The position numbers and the translations under genes were made by a program. A DNA stretch of 64,000 nt. Source: Escherichia phage UE-S1. Of this stretch, positions 25,583-35,551 are shown piece after piece. The stretch lies in sequence record ON568341.1, one strand, 5' to 3'. The notes beneath the pieces were generated by a model that saw nothing but the letters and a program-made list of their open reading frames with translations, did no database searches and was not told the DNA's origin. The first letter of the stretch is position 1. Each line of letters begins with the position of its first letter.

Positions 25583-26022
25583 GTTTAGCAAGTGCACTTA
25601 AACTGGCACACAAAATACATCACTTCCACGATAACATAAAAAGTGGGTTTTATGGTGATAAAGTACATACATATGGAAATGAATATTATCTATCAGGTGT
25701 GACAAGATACTCTAATGATATTTTACTTATGGGATGTGATAAAGATAACTTCATGCAGTACACGTCATGTAGCTTATACACTAATTTTATTGTATATATG
25801 CCTGGTGCTAATATTACATTTGACACATCAAATACCTCGGTAGATTTTGGAATACTGGATGGGCCGTGGGGGACTGAAGAGTATTACTTCCAACAGAGTT
25901 TTATTTTCAGCCAAGAAATGCTTGATTCCTTGGTTGTTTTGTGGTACTTTAAGGAATTAGATATAGAACCCTTCTTTATGGACTGGGGGGCGTGTGAGTA
26001 TTTAGAGACAGAGGTATATTAA
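25579..26022 (+). CDS. FamB paralog, subfamily B2
   Basis: motif EEYYFQQSFIFS..LVVLWYFKE. Confidence 0.65.
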   Translation: MSLASALKLAHKIHHFHDNIKSGFYGDKVHTYGNEYYLSGVTRYSNDILLMGCDKDNFMQYTSCSLYTNFIVYMPGANITFDTSNTSVDFGILDGPWGTEEYYFQQSFIFSQEMLDSLVVLWYFKELDIEPFFMDWGACEYLETEVY

Positions 26023-26510
26023 TGTCATTGCAGAGTGCATTAAAAGAGGCAAAGAAGATTCATGAGTACATGATTATGGTACAGGAAGGTTTAGTGCCTG
26101 GTGTATACAAAACATCAGATACGGAATTCTTTGTTCTGGACAGGGATGATTATGATGAGTCCGAGGTACATGCTGAAACATTAGTTCTGCACACTGATAC
26201 TGGTGATAGTGACAACTGTGAATATCATATGTACAATCAATACATTAGTTATTGCCGTAATGAAGATATTACCATCTACAACACAGATATTGATGCTGAT
26301 GACACTATCATTCCATATTCAGTTCTGGAAGGTCCGTGGGATAGTGAAGAGTATTACTTTCAGAATAGTACTATCTACAGTGAAGAAGAACTGGATGTTA
26401 TTGTGATTATGTGGTACTTTAAAAGTATTGACTCCAGTAGTTTCTATTTTGATTATGAATATGTAGAGAATACAGTAGGAGAAGGTAATGTCATTACAAA
26501 GTGCTCTTGA
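26022..26510 (+). CDS. FamB paralog, subfamily B2
   Basis: motif EEYYFQNSTIYS; near-duplicate of 24637-25110. Confidence 0.65.
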   Translation: MSLQSALKEAKKIHEYMIMVQEGLVPGVYKTSDTEFFVLDRDDYDESEVHAETLVLHTDTGDSDNCEYHMYNQYISYCRNEDITIYNTDIDADDTIIPYSVLEGPWDSEEYYFQNSTIYSEEELDVIVIMWYFKSIDSSSFYFDYEYVENTVGEGNVITKCS

Positions 26511-26934
26511 AAAAGCAAAAGAACTACATGGATACTTTGAAGATATAAAGGCAGGAAAGTTCAAAGAAGTATACAAAACCGAGAACGGTAACTACTACAA
26601 AGATGAAATATATAATAATTCCGTTGGTGTAAGGGTTATTCTTGGGTTGAATTCCAATAGTCCTGTGTCGTTTTCTGAATACAATAGAGATGCAGAATTC
26701 ATTAGTTATGTTGAAAATGGTAGCATTCGTTTTATTAATAGACAAAAACCATTAATTTTGAATTATGAAGTTCTGGATGGTCAGTGGAATAATGAAGAGT
26801 ATTACTTCCAAAACAGTACTGTATACGACGATGAAGTACTTGAAGCATTAGTTATTATGTGGTACTTCAAGAGTATTAACTGTCCTCGATTTTATTTGGA
26901 TTTCGAAGAACTTGGTAAAGATCCAGAGGTATAG
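26488..26934 (+). CDS. FamB paralog, subfamily B2
   Basis: motif EEYYFQNSTVYD. Confidence 0.65.
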   Translation: MSLQSALEKAKELHGYFEDIKAGKFKEVYKTENGNYYKDEIYNNSVGVRVILGLNSNSPVSFSEYNRDAEFISYVENGSIRFINRQKPLILNYEVLDGQWNNEEYYFQNSTVYDDEVLEALVIMWYFKSINCPRFYLDFEELGKDPEV

Positions 26935-26935
26935 A

Positions 26936-27250
26936 ATGAAAAACTTATTCAGTGTTCAGTACGTTCCAGGTGAAATTAGTTTATTGTATCTCTTTGACCA
27001 TGATAATTCATTATTACTAGTAGTGAAGAAATGCCAAGCTAGTTCGTTTGTTGAATACATTCACGATAATGAATATATACCTGATTTTTTAGAGTGTGAT
27101 TATCACGATGAACATGAATCATTTATTTTCCAGGAATCGCTAGTATGGGATAAGTCGATTAACTTTTTTACGTTAATTGAATTACAAAAGCAGGTGAAAT
27201 ATCATTGGGATTACTTAATTACCCAAGACTACATAGAGATAGAAATATAA
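26936..27250 (+). CDS. FamB paralog
   Basis: motif ESFIFQESLVWD; ATG 26936 just after upstream stop. Confidence 0.55.
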   Translation: MKNLFSVQYVPGEISLLYLFDHDNSLLLVVKKCQASSFVEYIHDNEYIPDFLECDYHDEHESFIFQESLVWDKSINFFTLIELQKQVKYHWDYLITQDYIEIEI

Positions 27251-27558
27251 TGACTAAAAATGAATTTGATTCACTTTGTACGGTTTATAATTCATTGACA
27301 GCAATACCTGACTTTATTAATTATATTTCAGCTTTAAATCACATTATGCATAGTTTTGAACAATCATTTGAAGAGAAATATGCTGGAAGAAAAGTTCTAT
27401 GTCATATGACAATGTACTTAGGAGATGGTGAGCCTTACACTACAAGTACTACATGTGAAATAAAAAAATATAATATATTATTGGGAACTATAGAATTCAC
27501 AGTATCCAATGGCGGTAGTTATATGTACTTTAGAGATGGAGTGGTTGAATTATTATGA
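27250..27558 (+). CDS. hypothetical protein
   Basis: TAATG overlap; no FamB motif. Confidence 0.45.
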   Translation: MTKNEFDSLCTVYNSLTAIPDFINYISALNHIMHSFEQSFEEKYAGRKVLCHMTMYLGDGEPYTTSTTCEIKKYNILLGTIEFTVSNGGSYMYFRDGVVELL

Positions 27559-28004
27559 GTTACGAAAGTGCAATCAAGAAAGCAAATGATATTCTACGCG
27601 TCGTTCAATTCTTCAAAGAAAATCCTGAATACGTAGATGATAAAAACCAAGAGAACGATGAGAGATTGAGACGAAAAATTATCTCTTTATTTGACACTAA
27701 TAAAGATAATTGGAGTCTATGTGAGTTAGCATACGATTATATTTCATTGAACCGAAATGATGATGTAGTTAAGATAGAAAGGCATGAATCAGAAGAATCT
27801 TTTAAAATTTCAGATATTTTATCCCTGAGTACTGAAGAAGGGTACTTCCAGGGTAGCACTCTTTATAATGAAGAAACACTTGACAATCTATGCACATTCA
27901 GTGTAATATATCAGAAATCTGTACTAGATATATTTTATCTTGACACTGCTGAACTGCATACCCTAACCAATTTTGTTACTACCGAAGAGGCTACATTCGA
28001 GTGA
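27555..28004 (+). CDS. FamB paralog
   Basis: motif EEGYFQGSTLYN. Confidence 0.6.
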   Translation: MSYESAIKKANDILRVVQFFKENPEYVDDKNQENDERLRRKIISLFDTNKDNWSLCELAYDYISLNRNDDVVKIERHESEESFKISDILSLSTEEGYFQGSTLYNEETLDNLCTFSVIYQKSVLDIFYLDTAELHTLTNFVTTEEATFE

Positions 28005-28537
28005 TGAAAGTTAACATTAATGACTTTGATGCATTACAAGATTTATCAAAAAAGATTCGCACCATCGTACCAGTACTTAAAAAATGCAGTACTGGTTTAA
28101 TCGATCCTAGTACTGTTGTTAATGAGAAGTACAATTTTCATCGTGTATTACAGGGGACAGGTGCATTTCAGAAGTGTGAGGTACGTGAGAAACATGTAAT
28201 TGATACATCGTTGTTTTCTATTGGTGCACCTGTGTCAAACAATACTATTTTCCTGGATGCCTCTGGAAATATTCAACAATTAACATTTAAGAAAAGGAAA
28301 AAGAATAATAACATTGGTGTGTACGCGATGAAGTGGGGACAGCCAGCGTTGATGCGTGACATTCACATTCCTAAGTACAATTTCAATGCATTTGAAGAAC
28401 AGTGTTTTCAACTTTCTTGTACTGACCCTGACTATGCTATCATTCAATTCTATATGGAATTGCAGATTGCATTTAATAGTAATTTGTATATTAACTTATT
28501 GGCAATGAACATAGATGAAGTATTCAAAAACATTTAA
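28001..28537 (+). CDS. FamB-like paralog
   Basis: motif EEQCFQLSCTDP (divergent). Confidence 0.5.
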   Translation: MMKVNINDFDALQDLSKKIRTIVPVLKKCSTGLIDPSTVVNEKYNFHRVLQGTGAFQKCEVREKHVIDTSLFSIGAPVSNNTIFLDASGNIQQLTFKKRKKNNNIGVYAMKWGQPALMRDIHIPKYNFNAFEEQCFQLSCTDPDYAIIQFYMELQIAFNSNLYINLLAMNIDEVFKNI

Positions 28538-28733
28538 TCGAATTGAATACATGAGAACTGTGAGAGCGGTGTGGAATATATGGTACACTACTAAACCAAA
28601 AATGGATTACCATGATTTTAAGCTCTTGTTCTTTGTTGGCTCTAACAAACAGGATGTTGCAATGAAGGGTTATATTCAGCACTTACAGGAACTAATCCAG
28701 AAGAGAATATATGAAAATAATAGACCAAAATGA
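28515..28733 (+). CDS. FamA-like paralog inside FamB array
   Basis: motif VGSNKQDVAM; start uncertain. Confidence 0.5.
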   Translation: MKYSKTFNRIEYMRTVRAVWNIWYTTKPKMDYHDFKLLFFVGSNKQDVAMKGYIQHLQELIQKRIYENNRPK

Positions 28734-28902
28734 CATTGCTAAACTATTCAATATATATTCTACTAGAATGATGCAAACAGATTCATATAGTACTAAATTC
28801 AAAGAGTTGAAAGTACTGATGTACTTGGGAACACAATATCAGGAACAAGTTATTTTAGAATATATTAATTCATTAAAGAAGGATATCCGTGATGTACGAT
28901 GA
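28711..28902 (+). CDS. FamA paralog inside FamB array
   Basis: motif LGTQYQEQVI. Confidence 0.55.
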   Translation: MKIIDQNDIAKLFNIYSTRMMQTDSYSTKFKELKVLMYLGTQYQEQVILEYINSLKKDIRDVR

Positions 28903-29452
28903 TTTAGATCTTGCGTTTGAACGCATGAAAATTTTAATGCAATGCAATGAAATGCATGAGACAATCCGTCGCACCAAAGGGATTGAATATACAAGTAAAC
29001 TATTCTCATACGAAAGTCGTCGAGGGATGGATCATTTTTACTGCACTGATTGTTCAAAGTTTTCAGTACTGAAATATTATCATCCTACTGTTTCCAATAA
29101 TAGTTTAATATCCACATATGACGGTGATCTGTTTAGTGTAATGTATGACACATTACATCCATCAATTTCAATATATAAAGATTGCGATAGTAGTCTATCG
29201 TATATAATTGAAGATTACTTATCTCCTAATACTGAAGAGAATATATTTCAAAACAGTGTATTGCATGATGAATTAAGTATAAAATGCATCTATATGTTCA
29301 ATAAGTTAAAAGAATACGTTGATAATAATTACTTAATTGATGAGTTAGCTGTGTTTTCGGTTTCAGTTTTCAATACAAATGATGTTGATATGAAATACTA
29401 TAATGAAATTTGTAAAGTACATAACATGTATAAGGAACTCTTATGCTACTAA
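28889..29452 (+). CDS. FamB paralog
   Basis: motif EENIFQNSVLHD. Confidence 0.6.
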   Translation: MMYDDLDLAFERMKILMQCNEMHETIRRTKGIEYTSKLFSYESRRGMDHFYCTDCSKFSVLKYYHPTVSNNSLISTYDGDLFSVMYDTLHPSISIYKDCDSSLSYIIEDYLSPNTEENIFQNSVLHDELSIKCIYMFNKLKEYVDNNYLIDELAVFSVSVFNTNDVDMKYYNEICKVHNMYKELLCY

Positions 29453-30045
29453 ATGCCAATAAATGTTGTAGTGCAGATGTGCATTTGTTTTTTAAGAAAT
29501 TGGCAAATGATATTATATATATGCAGGAAATGATTTACCACAAACGAACAGATTTAGAAAAAGCATTAGTACAGTTCTCCTTTATGCTTGATGGTGATAT
29601 ATTTCTACATGGTGATACATTGCGAACAGTACTGGACGGAAATTCAAATAGAAGTTTCATTTGTACAAATAATAAATTTTCTTCCACGATGTGCCGTACT
29701 TTTTATAATCCTGATTCGGACTTATATCAAGTGTCGTATTCTAAAGGTGCAGTTGAATCATCATATTGTGATAGTTCAGCTTTAGGTAAAAGTCGTCCAT
29801 ATATGCAATCATTTGAAATTGAACTCATCAGTACTGATGAAGATGCAATGTTCACAAATGATATAACGATGGATCGTGAATCGGCAATGATATATATTAC
29901 AAATTCTATGCATACATTCTTTCAACGATTAGAATTTGATAATGTATATATATCAAATGTAAATATTTTCAATGATCTGTGTCAGTACTTGAAAAGTGTT
30001 TGTGATTTTGATGAAAGCTATTGTAAGCTTTATACTGAGGTATAA
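29443..30045 (+). CDS. FamB-like divergent paralog
   Basis: degenerate motif EDAMFTNDITMD. Confidence 0.5.
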   Translation: MLLNANKCCSADVHLFFKKLANDIIYMQEMIYHKRTDLEKALVQFSFMLDGDIFLHGDTLRTVLDGNSNRSFICTNNKFSSTMCRTFYNPDSDLYQVSYSKGAVESSYCDSSALGKSRPYMQSFEIELISTDEDAMFTNDITMDRESAMIYITNSMHTFFQRLEFDNVYISNVNIFNDLCQYLKSVCDFDESYCKLYTEV

Positions 30046-30050
30046 AACAA

Positions 30051-30413
30051 ATGAACACATTAAGTATTACATACTATACAACTAAAAAATTAATTACTTG
30101 TTTAATATCATTGAAGTCAAAAAATGATGATATGTTTGATATGGCTGCATATGAATTAGAATTATCAGAAGATGGTTTCAAGATCTATGAAGTATATAGC
30201 TATGTTCGTGAAGATGTAATTGACACTACACTAATGCAAGAGGATGAGTTATTCCAAGAAAGTTTAGTATGGGATAATAAGTACGATTGTAACTTTGATT
30301 TCTTATGTTTAATCCAAAAAGAAATGAAAAGAATCTTTGATAATTATCCAATCAAACGTTTCAGTACTGCACCTGAGCAATATAAAAGGATTATATTCAC
30401 CTATGAAGATTGA
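30051..30413 (+). CDS. FamB paralog
   Basis: motif EDELFQESLVWD. Confidence 0.6.
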   Translation: MNTLSITYYTTKKLITCLISLKSKNDDMFDMAAYELELSEDGFKIYEVYSYVREDVIDTTLMQEDELFQESLVWDNKYDCNFDFLCLIQKEMKRIFDNYPIKRFSTAPEQYKRIIFTYED

Positions 30414-30780
30414 ATTTGAAGTTATTACATATAGTATAGGTGATGGTATCCGTTGCTACGTACAAGCAAGGCATATTGTTCCTGATGATAAACTGTCACC
30501 CAAAAGTTTCCTTATTACACAAGAACTCTTAGATATTAACAGAGAGAACAAGTATACATATTATCTCACTAAGGGTTATTGTGGTTCGCGTGGATTTAAT
30601 ATTGTAGCTGTTTCTAGAGATGAAATTGATGATTTAACTGAGTACGGTGAAGAAGAGATGTTCCAGTACAGTACTGTTTTTAATGAACTGGATGTGTTTC
30701 TGTTACGAAAAATACAACACATTATGAAAGAATGTTTGCATCATAAGAGAGGTATTGTATGCGACGTGAATCTGAATTAG
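30403..30780 (+). CDS. FamB paralog
   Basis: motif EEEMFQYSTVFN; ATG 30403 overlapping upstream stop. Confidence 0.55.
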   Translation: MKIEFEVITYSIGDGIRCYVQARHIVPDDKLSPKSFLITQELLDINRENKYTYYLTKGYCGSRGFNIVAVSRDEIDDLTEYGEEEMFQYSTVFNELDVFLLRKIQHIMKECLHHKRGIVCDVNLN

Positions 30781-31100
30781 TTAAAGTAATGTACGCTACT
30801 CATATTAAACTACTACTTGTGAAATTTGATTATAATATAAAACATAATAATTTCTATACGTTGATTCGTGATGAAAATTCATTCTCATTGCGATGCAACA
30901 ATATACAGTGGACGATAAGTGATTTTACTTCACTTGACGAGGGTGAATTATTTCAAGAATCATTAGTTTTTAATAGTAATATAAAAGTTGATATAGAAGC
31001 AATTAAACAGTATCAAATATTATTAAACAAAATTATGGATTGTTATCCATGTGAAATAGGTGGTCATATGCAGTTCAAATCAAAAATGTACGAGTTATGA
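30759..31100 (+). CDS. FamB paralog
   Basis: motif EGELFQESLVFN. Confidence 0.55.
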   Translation: MRRESELVKVMYATHIKLLLVKFDYNIKHNNFYTLIRDENSFSLRCNNIQWTISDFTSLDEGELFQESLVFNSNIKVDIEAIKQYQILLNKIMDCYPCEIGGHMQFKSKMYEL

Positions 31101-31107
31101 GGTCTTT

Positions 31108-31644
31108 ATGTTAGATAAAAAAATGAACACTGGAACTCTATACAATCATCTTAAGTTGGATACTTTCGAATCAGCTATCAGTACTGCACAAGATATTATC
31201 GATATTATTAAGTACATTAAAGAAAATAAGTTAAAATGTGTGAAAACACCCGAACGTACAATGTATAAAGATGACTGTATTCACGTATCTGTTGTTAATC
31301 CAAAAGATAAGGATGGTAATAGAGATTTCTATAATAACAGTGAGCAGTTCGAATGTGAATATGATCCAGAATTCAGAGGTGGTTTCATGTGTTACAGTAT
31401 GAAGGATACCTCACACATTGAGATACGTTCATCTAAAGGTGGCATACGTACATTAGAGTTCATTGATATAGTTTTAAATCAGGAATACTACTTTCAACTA
31501 TCATTATTGTTTCCTGCATACGATTTAGGAGTTCTATTCATGTATAAGTACTTTCATGAGCACTGGAATGAAGACTTCTATCTGGACTTAGAAGATTACC
31601 AATTAGTTTGGGAAGAAATGGTAGAACTTCGCAACCACTCTTGA
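31108..31644 (+). CDS. FamB paralog
   Basis: motif QEYYFQLSLLFP; start after TGAGG RBS. Confidence 0.55.
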   Translation: MLDKKMNTGTLYNHLKLDTFESAISTAQDIIDIIKYIKENKLKCVKTPERTMYKDDCIHVSVVNPKDKDGNRDFYNNSEQFECEYDPEFRGGFMCYSMKDTSHIEIRSSKGGIRTLEFIDIVLNQEYYFQLSLLFPAYDLGVLFMYKYFHEHWNEDFYLDLEDYQLVWEEMVELRNHS

Positions 31645-31670
31645 CACCCACCGATTTTTTGTGATATAAT
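31641..31670 (+). promoter_or_regulatory. sigma70-type promoter, extended -10 (TTGACA-18-TGATATAAT)
   Basis: TTGACA 31641-31646, TATAAT 31665-31670; hairpin CCCTTTA..TAAAGGG follows. Confidence 0.5.
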
Positions 31671-31703
31671 CCCTTTATATTAATTTTAAAGGGTTATAAC
31701 ACA

Positions 31704-32180
31704 ATGTCCAACGAACTCACATTCACCAATGCACAAAAAATAGCAAAAGACATTATCAGGGTTTATAAATTCCTTGCGAATGTTACTGAAGATTTTTTAA
31801 TTGATAAAAATAAAGTTATTAAGCGAAATGGATACCTTTCCTTTATGGATGGGTTGCTCTATAGTTCAGATGAGTCAGCTTGTAGTATTAGAGTACTTGA
31901 TACTGTACCAAGTGGTGATTTTATTTCATACCATTTTCCAAGTTCAGATAAGTTCAAATACTACAATAGTATTCTCATAGCAGAAGACTTTGATACGATT
32001 GTAATTAACACTGAAGAAGAGTTCTTCCAGTACAGTACTGTGTACCCAGAGAGGATTGTTTTCAGTTCAGTGATTTACACTACCCTTAAAAATGAACTAA
32101 ATTCCGATAGTGATCATTTCTACTTGGACCTGAATAATATCGATTGTATTATTGAGTACATGGAGAAAAATGGTTTATGA
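31704..32180 (+). CDS. FamB paralog
   Basis: motif EEEFFQYSTVYP. Confidence 0.6.
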   Translation: MSNELTFTNAQKIAKDIIRVYKFLANVTEDFLIDKNKVIKRNGYLSFMDGLLYSSDESACSIRVLDTVPSGDFISYHFPSSDKFKYYNSILIAEDFDTIVINTEEEFFQYSTVYPERIVFSSVIYTTLKNELNSDSDHFYLDLNNIDCIIEYMEKNGL

Positions 32181-32680
32181 TTACTACAGAATATGATTAC
32201 AATAGTGTCCTTGAATTTGCAGAAAATATATATCGTATTGCAAAGGAGTTCAGAAGTCCTGAGCCGTTTGGTGGTATGTTCGAATACGATGAGTTTAGTT
32301 CATCAAAAGGAAGACTTGCATTTACTAATGGTAGAGGTAATCAAATCTACACAGAGTACTTTGATGACAATGACTTTCATCACAAAGCCGAATACATTTC
32401 ATATTGCCCTGGGTCTGATTTGAAGATTCATATTGAAAGAGATATAGAAAATGTATTTGTTCCATATACTGATTTAGTCTTCATGTCAGAGGAAATGTAC
32501 TTTCAGGAATCATTGATTCATGATACAAAAGTACTTAATACTATATTATTATATGGTACACTACTTAATCATTACAAATACAATCAAAGATTCTTTTTAG
32601 ATTTAGTAGTATACCATCAATGTGTGGATTATTTGAATGCAAAATCAGACAACAATTCAGTACATGACCGATGGTTCTGA
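32177..32680 (+). CDS. FamB paralog
   Basis: motif EEMYFQESLIHD. Confidence 0.6.
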   Translation: MITTEYDYNSVLEFAENIYRIAKEFRSPEPFGGMFEYDEFSSSKGRLAFTNGRGNQIYTEYFDDNDFHHKAEYISYCPGSDLKIHIERDIENVFVPYTDLVFMSEEMYFQESLIHDTKVLNTILLYGTLLNHYKYNQRFFLDLVVYHQCVDYLNAKSDNNSVHDRWF

Positions 32681-32999
32681 ATACTTTGTTTCAAGATATG
32701 TAATAAATCACAACCATTATGTAACCTATATTCCAGAGTACAATCAATTTTATATCCAGATTTATCAACATAATGGAAAGAGAAATGATATATATTCAGA
32801 AATAAAAATCCCTGATTATAGTTCTTTATCAGAAGAGGAATTGTTTCAGGAGAGCACTATCAGTACTGAAGATGTGTACGAAATAATGGAGTACCAGAAG
32901 GTACTTAAACATTTTCATGAAACAAATGATATACAAATAGATATTGTTAAACCGTGGTGTTACAATACATATGAGGTAAATTATGTTAGAAATGATTAA
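32664..32999 (+). CDS. FamB paralog
   Basis: motif EEELFQESTIST. Confidence 0.55.
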   Translation: MTDGSEYFVSRYVINHNHYVTYIPEYNQFYIQIYQHNGKRNDIYSEIKIPDYSSLSEEELFQESTISTEDVYEIMEYQKVLKHFHETNDIQIDIVKPWCYNTYEVNYVRND

Positions 33000-33396
33000 A
33001 ATTATGCAACGCTGTCTTATTGACAAATACGGGATATATGGATATCGTTTAAGTGCTCCTATTGACAAAAATAAAACAACCTATGTAAGCTATAATGCTG
33101 TACAAGGGTTTGATATATTCATTAGTACTAATTATCAAATCAAACAAGCTAAAGATGTGTCTATAATGACCCCTGATGAGTTATTTCAGTACAGCTTAGT
33201 TCTTCCTACATGTATCGATTTACAACGTCTAGGAGCGATACAGAAGGTTTTACGCGAACATAAAATACAACCCAATAAAGTTACACACATTCCAGAAACA
33301 ATCTTCAAAACAATAGAAGTAGAAACCCCTGATTATATGTTAAGTGATGATGAATTCTACGAGAAGCACTTCCCTGGTAAAGTTTGGAGAGACTAA
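32983..33396 (+). CDS. FamB paralog
   Basis: motif PDELFQYSLVLP. Confidence 0.6.
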   Translation: MLEMIKIMQRCLIDKYGIYGYRLSAPIDKNKTTYVSYNAVQGFDIFISTNYQIKQAKDVSIMTPDELFQYSLVLPTCIDLQRLGAIQKVLREHKIQPNKVTHIPETIFKTIEVETPDYMLSDDEFYEKHFPGKVWRD

Positions 33397-33878
33397 TGAA
33401 CCGAAAGTACAGAGAAACTATGAAGTTCGCTAAGGAGTGTTTAGAGACATTTGATTTCATTTTCGATAACAACGAATCACTAGGTCATTACTTCGTAATT
33501 ACAAAGGAAGAAGATAATAGATACAAGTGTCAAAGATTAGGATACAGTATTGAGTTATCCTTAATGAGTGATGGTTTGATAAACTCCGTCTATGAATCTG
33601 GTAAGACAGATTACATTTCATTTAGATCATGGAGTGATAATATAATGTTCTTGAGTCCTAATGGAAGTAAATATCCATTCATTAATGATTTATCAGAAGA
33701 AAGTTACTTTCAAAACAGTTTAATTTATACAGAAAAAGAACTCAAAATGTTATTCATAATGTCGTACTTTAAAAAGTACTGTAAATTTAAATCATTATCT
33801 TTTGAGATTTCTGCGATGAAAGTATTCATTAAAAATGTAAAAGAATTAAAGAGGGCTTTTAATGTACATAGAAAATGA
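33384..33878 (+). CDS. FamB paralog
   Basis: motif EESYFQNSLIYT. Confidence 0.6.
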   Translation: MERLMNRKYRETMKFAKECLETFDFIFDNNESLGHYFVITKEEDNRYKCQRLGYSIELSLMSDGLINSVYESGKTDYISFRSWSDNIMFLSPNGSKYPFINDLSEESYFQNSLIYTEKELKMLFIMSYFKKYCKFKSLSFEISAMKVFIKNVKELKRAFNVHRK

Positions 33879-34404
33879 GAATGTAAAATGCATCACTGAC
33901 ATTTGTATAAAATTAATGAAAATTTTCATTAACCCAAAATACAAGACTCGTTCTTTACGTCATAATATTGATGAGCATTGTACCATTAATATCCTAGGTA
34001 GTATTCTTGATGTAAAATATGATGGTAAACTGTTATTCGGTATAAGAGAAGAGAAAATGGATGATGCATTCTTTTCTTGTAAAGATAAATTTGAACCTTC
34101 TGATTATAAAGTAATTATTCGTGATGATAGCATCTATATTAGTAGTGATTATTCAAATTACTTCGATAAAATATACACTGAAAACGTTGATTACCATTAT
34201 GAAATGCTAGATTTACCAGTAACAGACATTGATATGGAGAGAATCAAATTTTCATTATCAGATAATGAGTACTTAGGTATACAAACATATTATTCACTAC
34301 AAGGAAAGATTCCACCTGCTATGTATATAAGGATTGAGATTGGTAATGTATTCAATGATAAGGTTATATCAATTGCTGATAAAATATTGAGGGTTGAATT
34401 ATGA
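33862..34404 (+). CDS. hypothetical protein, possible divergent FamB
   Basis: same size and packing; motif not clear. Confidence 0.45.
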   Translation: MYIENENVKCITDICIKLMKIFINPKYKTRSLRHNIDEHCTINILGSILDVKYDGKLLFGIREEKMDDAFFSCKDKFEPSDYKVIIRDDSIYISSDYSNYFDKIYTENVDYHYEMLDLPVTDIDMERIKFSLSDNEYLGIQTYYSLQGKIPPAMYIRIEIGNVFNDKVISIADKILRVEL

Positions 34405-34964
34405 ATGGCCATGATTACCAATTCCATAGACTAGAATTTAGACACTGTGTTGCATATGCAAAAACATTAATGTGCATCATTGACACTCTTTCATCCGAAC
34501 AATTTCGTAAGGATAATGATTTATTGCTGAAAAAAGGTCGTATAACATCATCCGATATCGGTATTGAACTATTTGTTGAAATCAGTGTTGATACCGGAGA
34601 CAGTACAAGGGCTGGTTGTATAGGTCATATTGGTACACATTGTTTCACATGGAATCCAAATACAAGTCAAGTTAGAATTGATTATAGAAATTCACGTTGG
34701 GTTGATCTTAGTACTGAATCAGATTTAGAATCAGTTATGTTCCAGCTAAGTTTAATTCACGATCCTAATGAACTTCTTTATATTATTACTTTCAGTTATC
34801 TGTTACAAAACTACGATAGTCCATCAGGGTTTTTCATAGAATCAGATATAGATGAAATTATGGAAGAGATTCCTAGTTTAAAGAATATTCTGGAAAAAAA
34901 AGATTTCTATAATGACTTCAGAGATTTATACGACATGCACTTGGAGTTATTTAAGAATGGATAA
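34401..34964 (+). CDS. FamB paralog
   Basis: motif ESVMFQLSLIHD. Confidence 0.6.
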   Translation: MNGHDYQFHRLEFRHCVAYAKTLMCIIDTLSSEQFRKDNDLLLKKGRITSSDIGIELFVEISVDTGDSTRAGCIGHIGTHCFTWNPNTSQVRIDYRNSRWVDLSTESDLESVMFQLSLIHDPNELLYIITFSYLLQNYDSPSGFFIESDIDEIMEEIPSLKNILEKKDFYNDFRDLYDMHLELFKNG

Positions 34965-35475
34965 AGATGATATTCTAATTAGACTAGTTCAAAGTTTGAT
35001 AAAGTTCGCAAATAATGATATCAATACATACAAAGTAGGTGATATTGAATTCAAATCATTTGGTATGTACGGTGATGACGAAACATATTATGCTTCAATG
35101 AAATTTCAAGAATTTCACGAGATGTTAATATCGTTATCATACGAAGATGTTGACCCAAGATGGAGTTCCAGTATTTCACTATCGAGAATGGTAATTCGTA
35201 GTAAGCATCGTTACATTTCGTCAAAGAATACTCCTAACTTGATTAATATTGTGTTGAATGAAAATACAAACCCCCTATCTAAATATGATATCGTACCTTT
35301 AACCGATGAAGCAATTTTTCAATTGAGTACCATTTGTGATGAAGATGTGATATCATGTATGAAAATTTATGAGAAAGTTGGGGGTGATATTCCCATGAAC
35401 TATTACCTAACTATAGATGAAACGTATCTCCAAGATGATGTTCTGGCGTACATTGACAGTGTTTTACCAAAATAA
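34957..35475 (+). CDS. FamB paralog
   Basis: motif DEAIFQLSTICD; ATGGATAA start/stop overlap. Confidence 0.55.
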   Translation: MDKDDILIRLVQSLIKFANNDINTYKVGDIEFKSFGMYGDDETYYASMKFQEFHEMLISLSYEDVDPRWSSSISLSRMVIRSKHRYISSKNTPNLINIVLNENTNPLSKYDIVPLTDEAIFQLSTICDEDVISCMKIYEKVGGDIPMNYYLTIDETYLQDDVLAYIDSVLPK

Positions 35476-35496
35476 AGACCCGTTATGGGTCTTTTT
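35475..35496 (+). terminator. rho-independent terminator
   Basis: AAGACCC / GGGTCTT stem plus T-run. Confidence 0.65.
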
Positions 35497-35551
35497 GTGT
35501 TTATGGCTTTACAAGAGCATTCAGGTGTGTTATACTTGATTTCAAATAGAG

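Noticed and set aside
27837-27860. EEGYFQGS resembling an engineered TEV-protease tag (ENLYFQG/S)
   Set aside because: The exact ENLYFQ sequence is absent and the motif is one of about 50 divergent natural variants embedded in native-looking genes, so it is not a cloning artefact.
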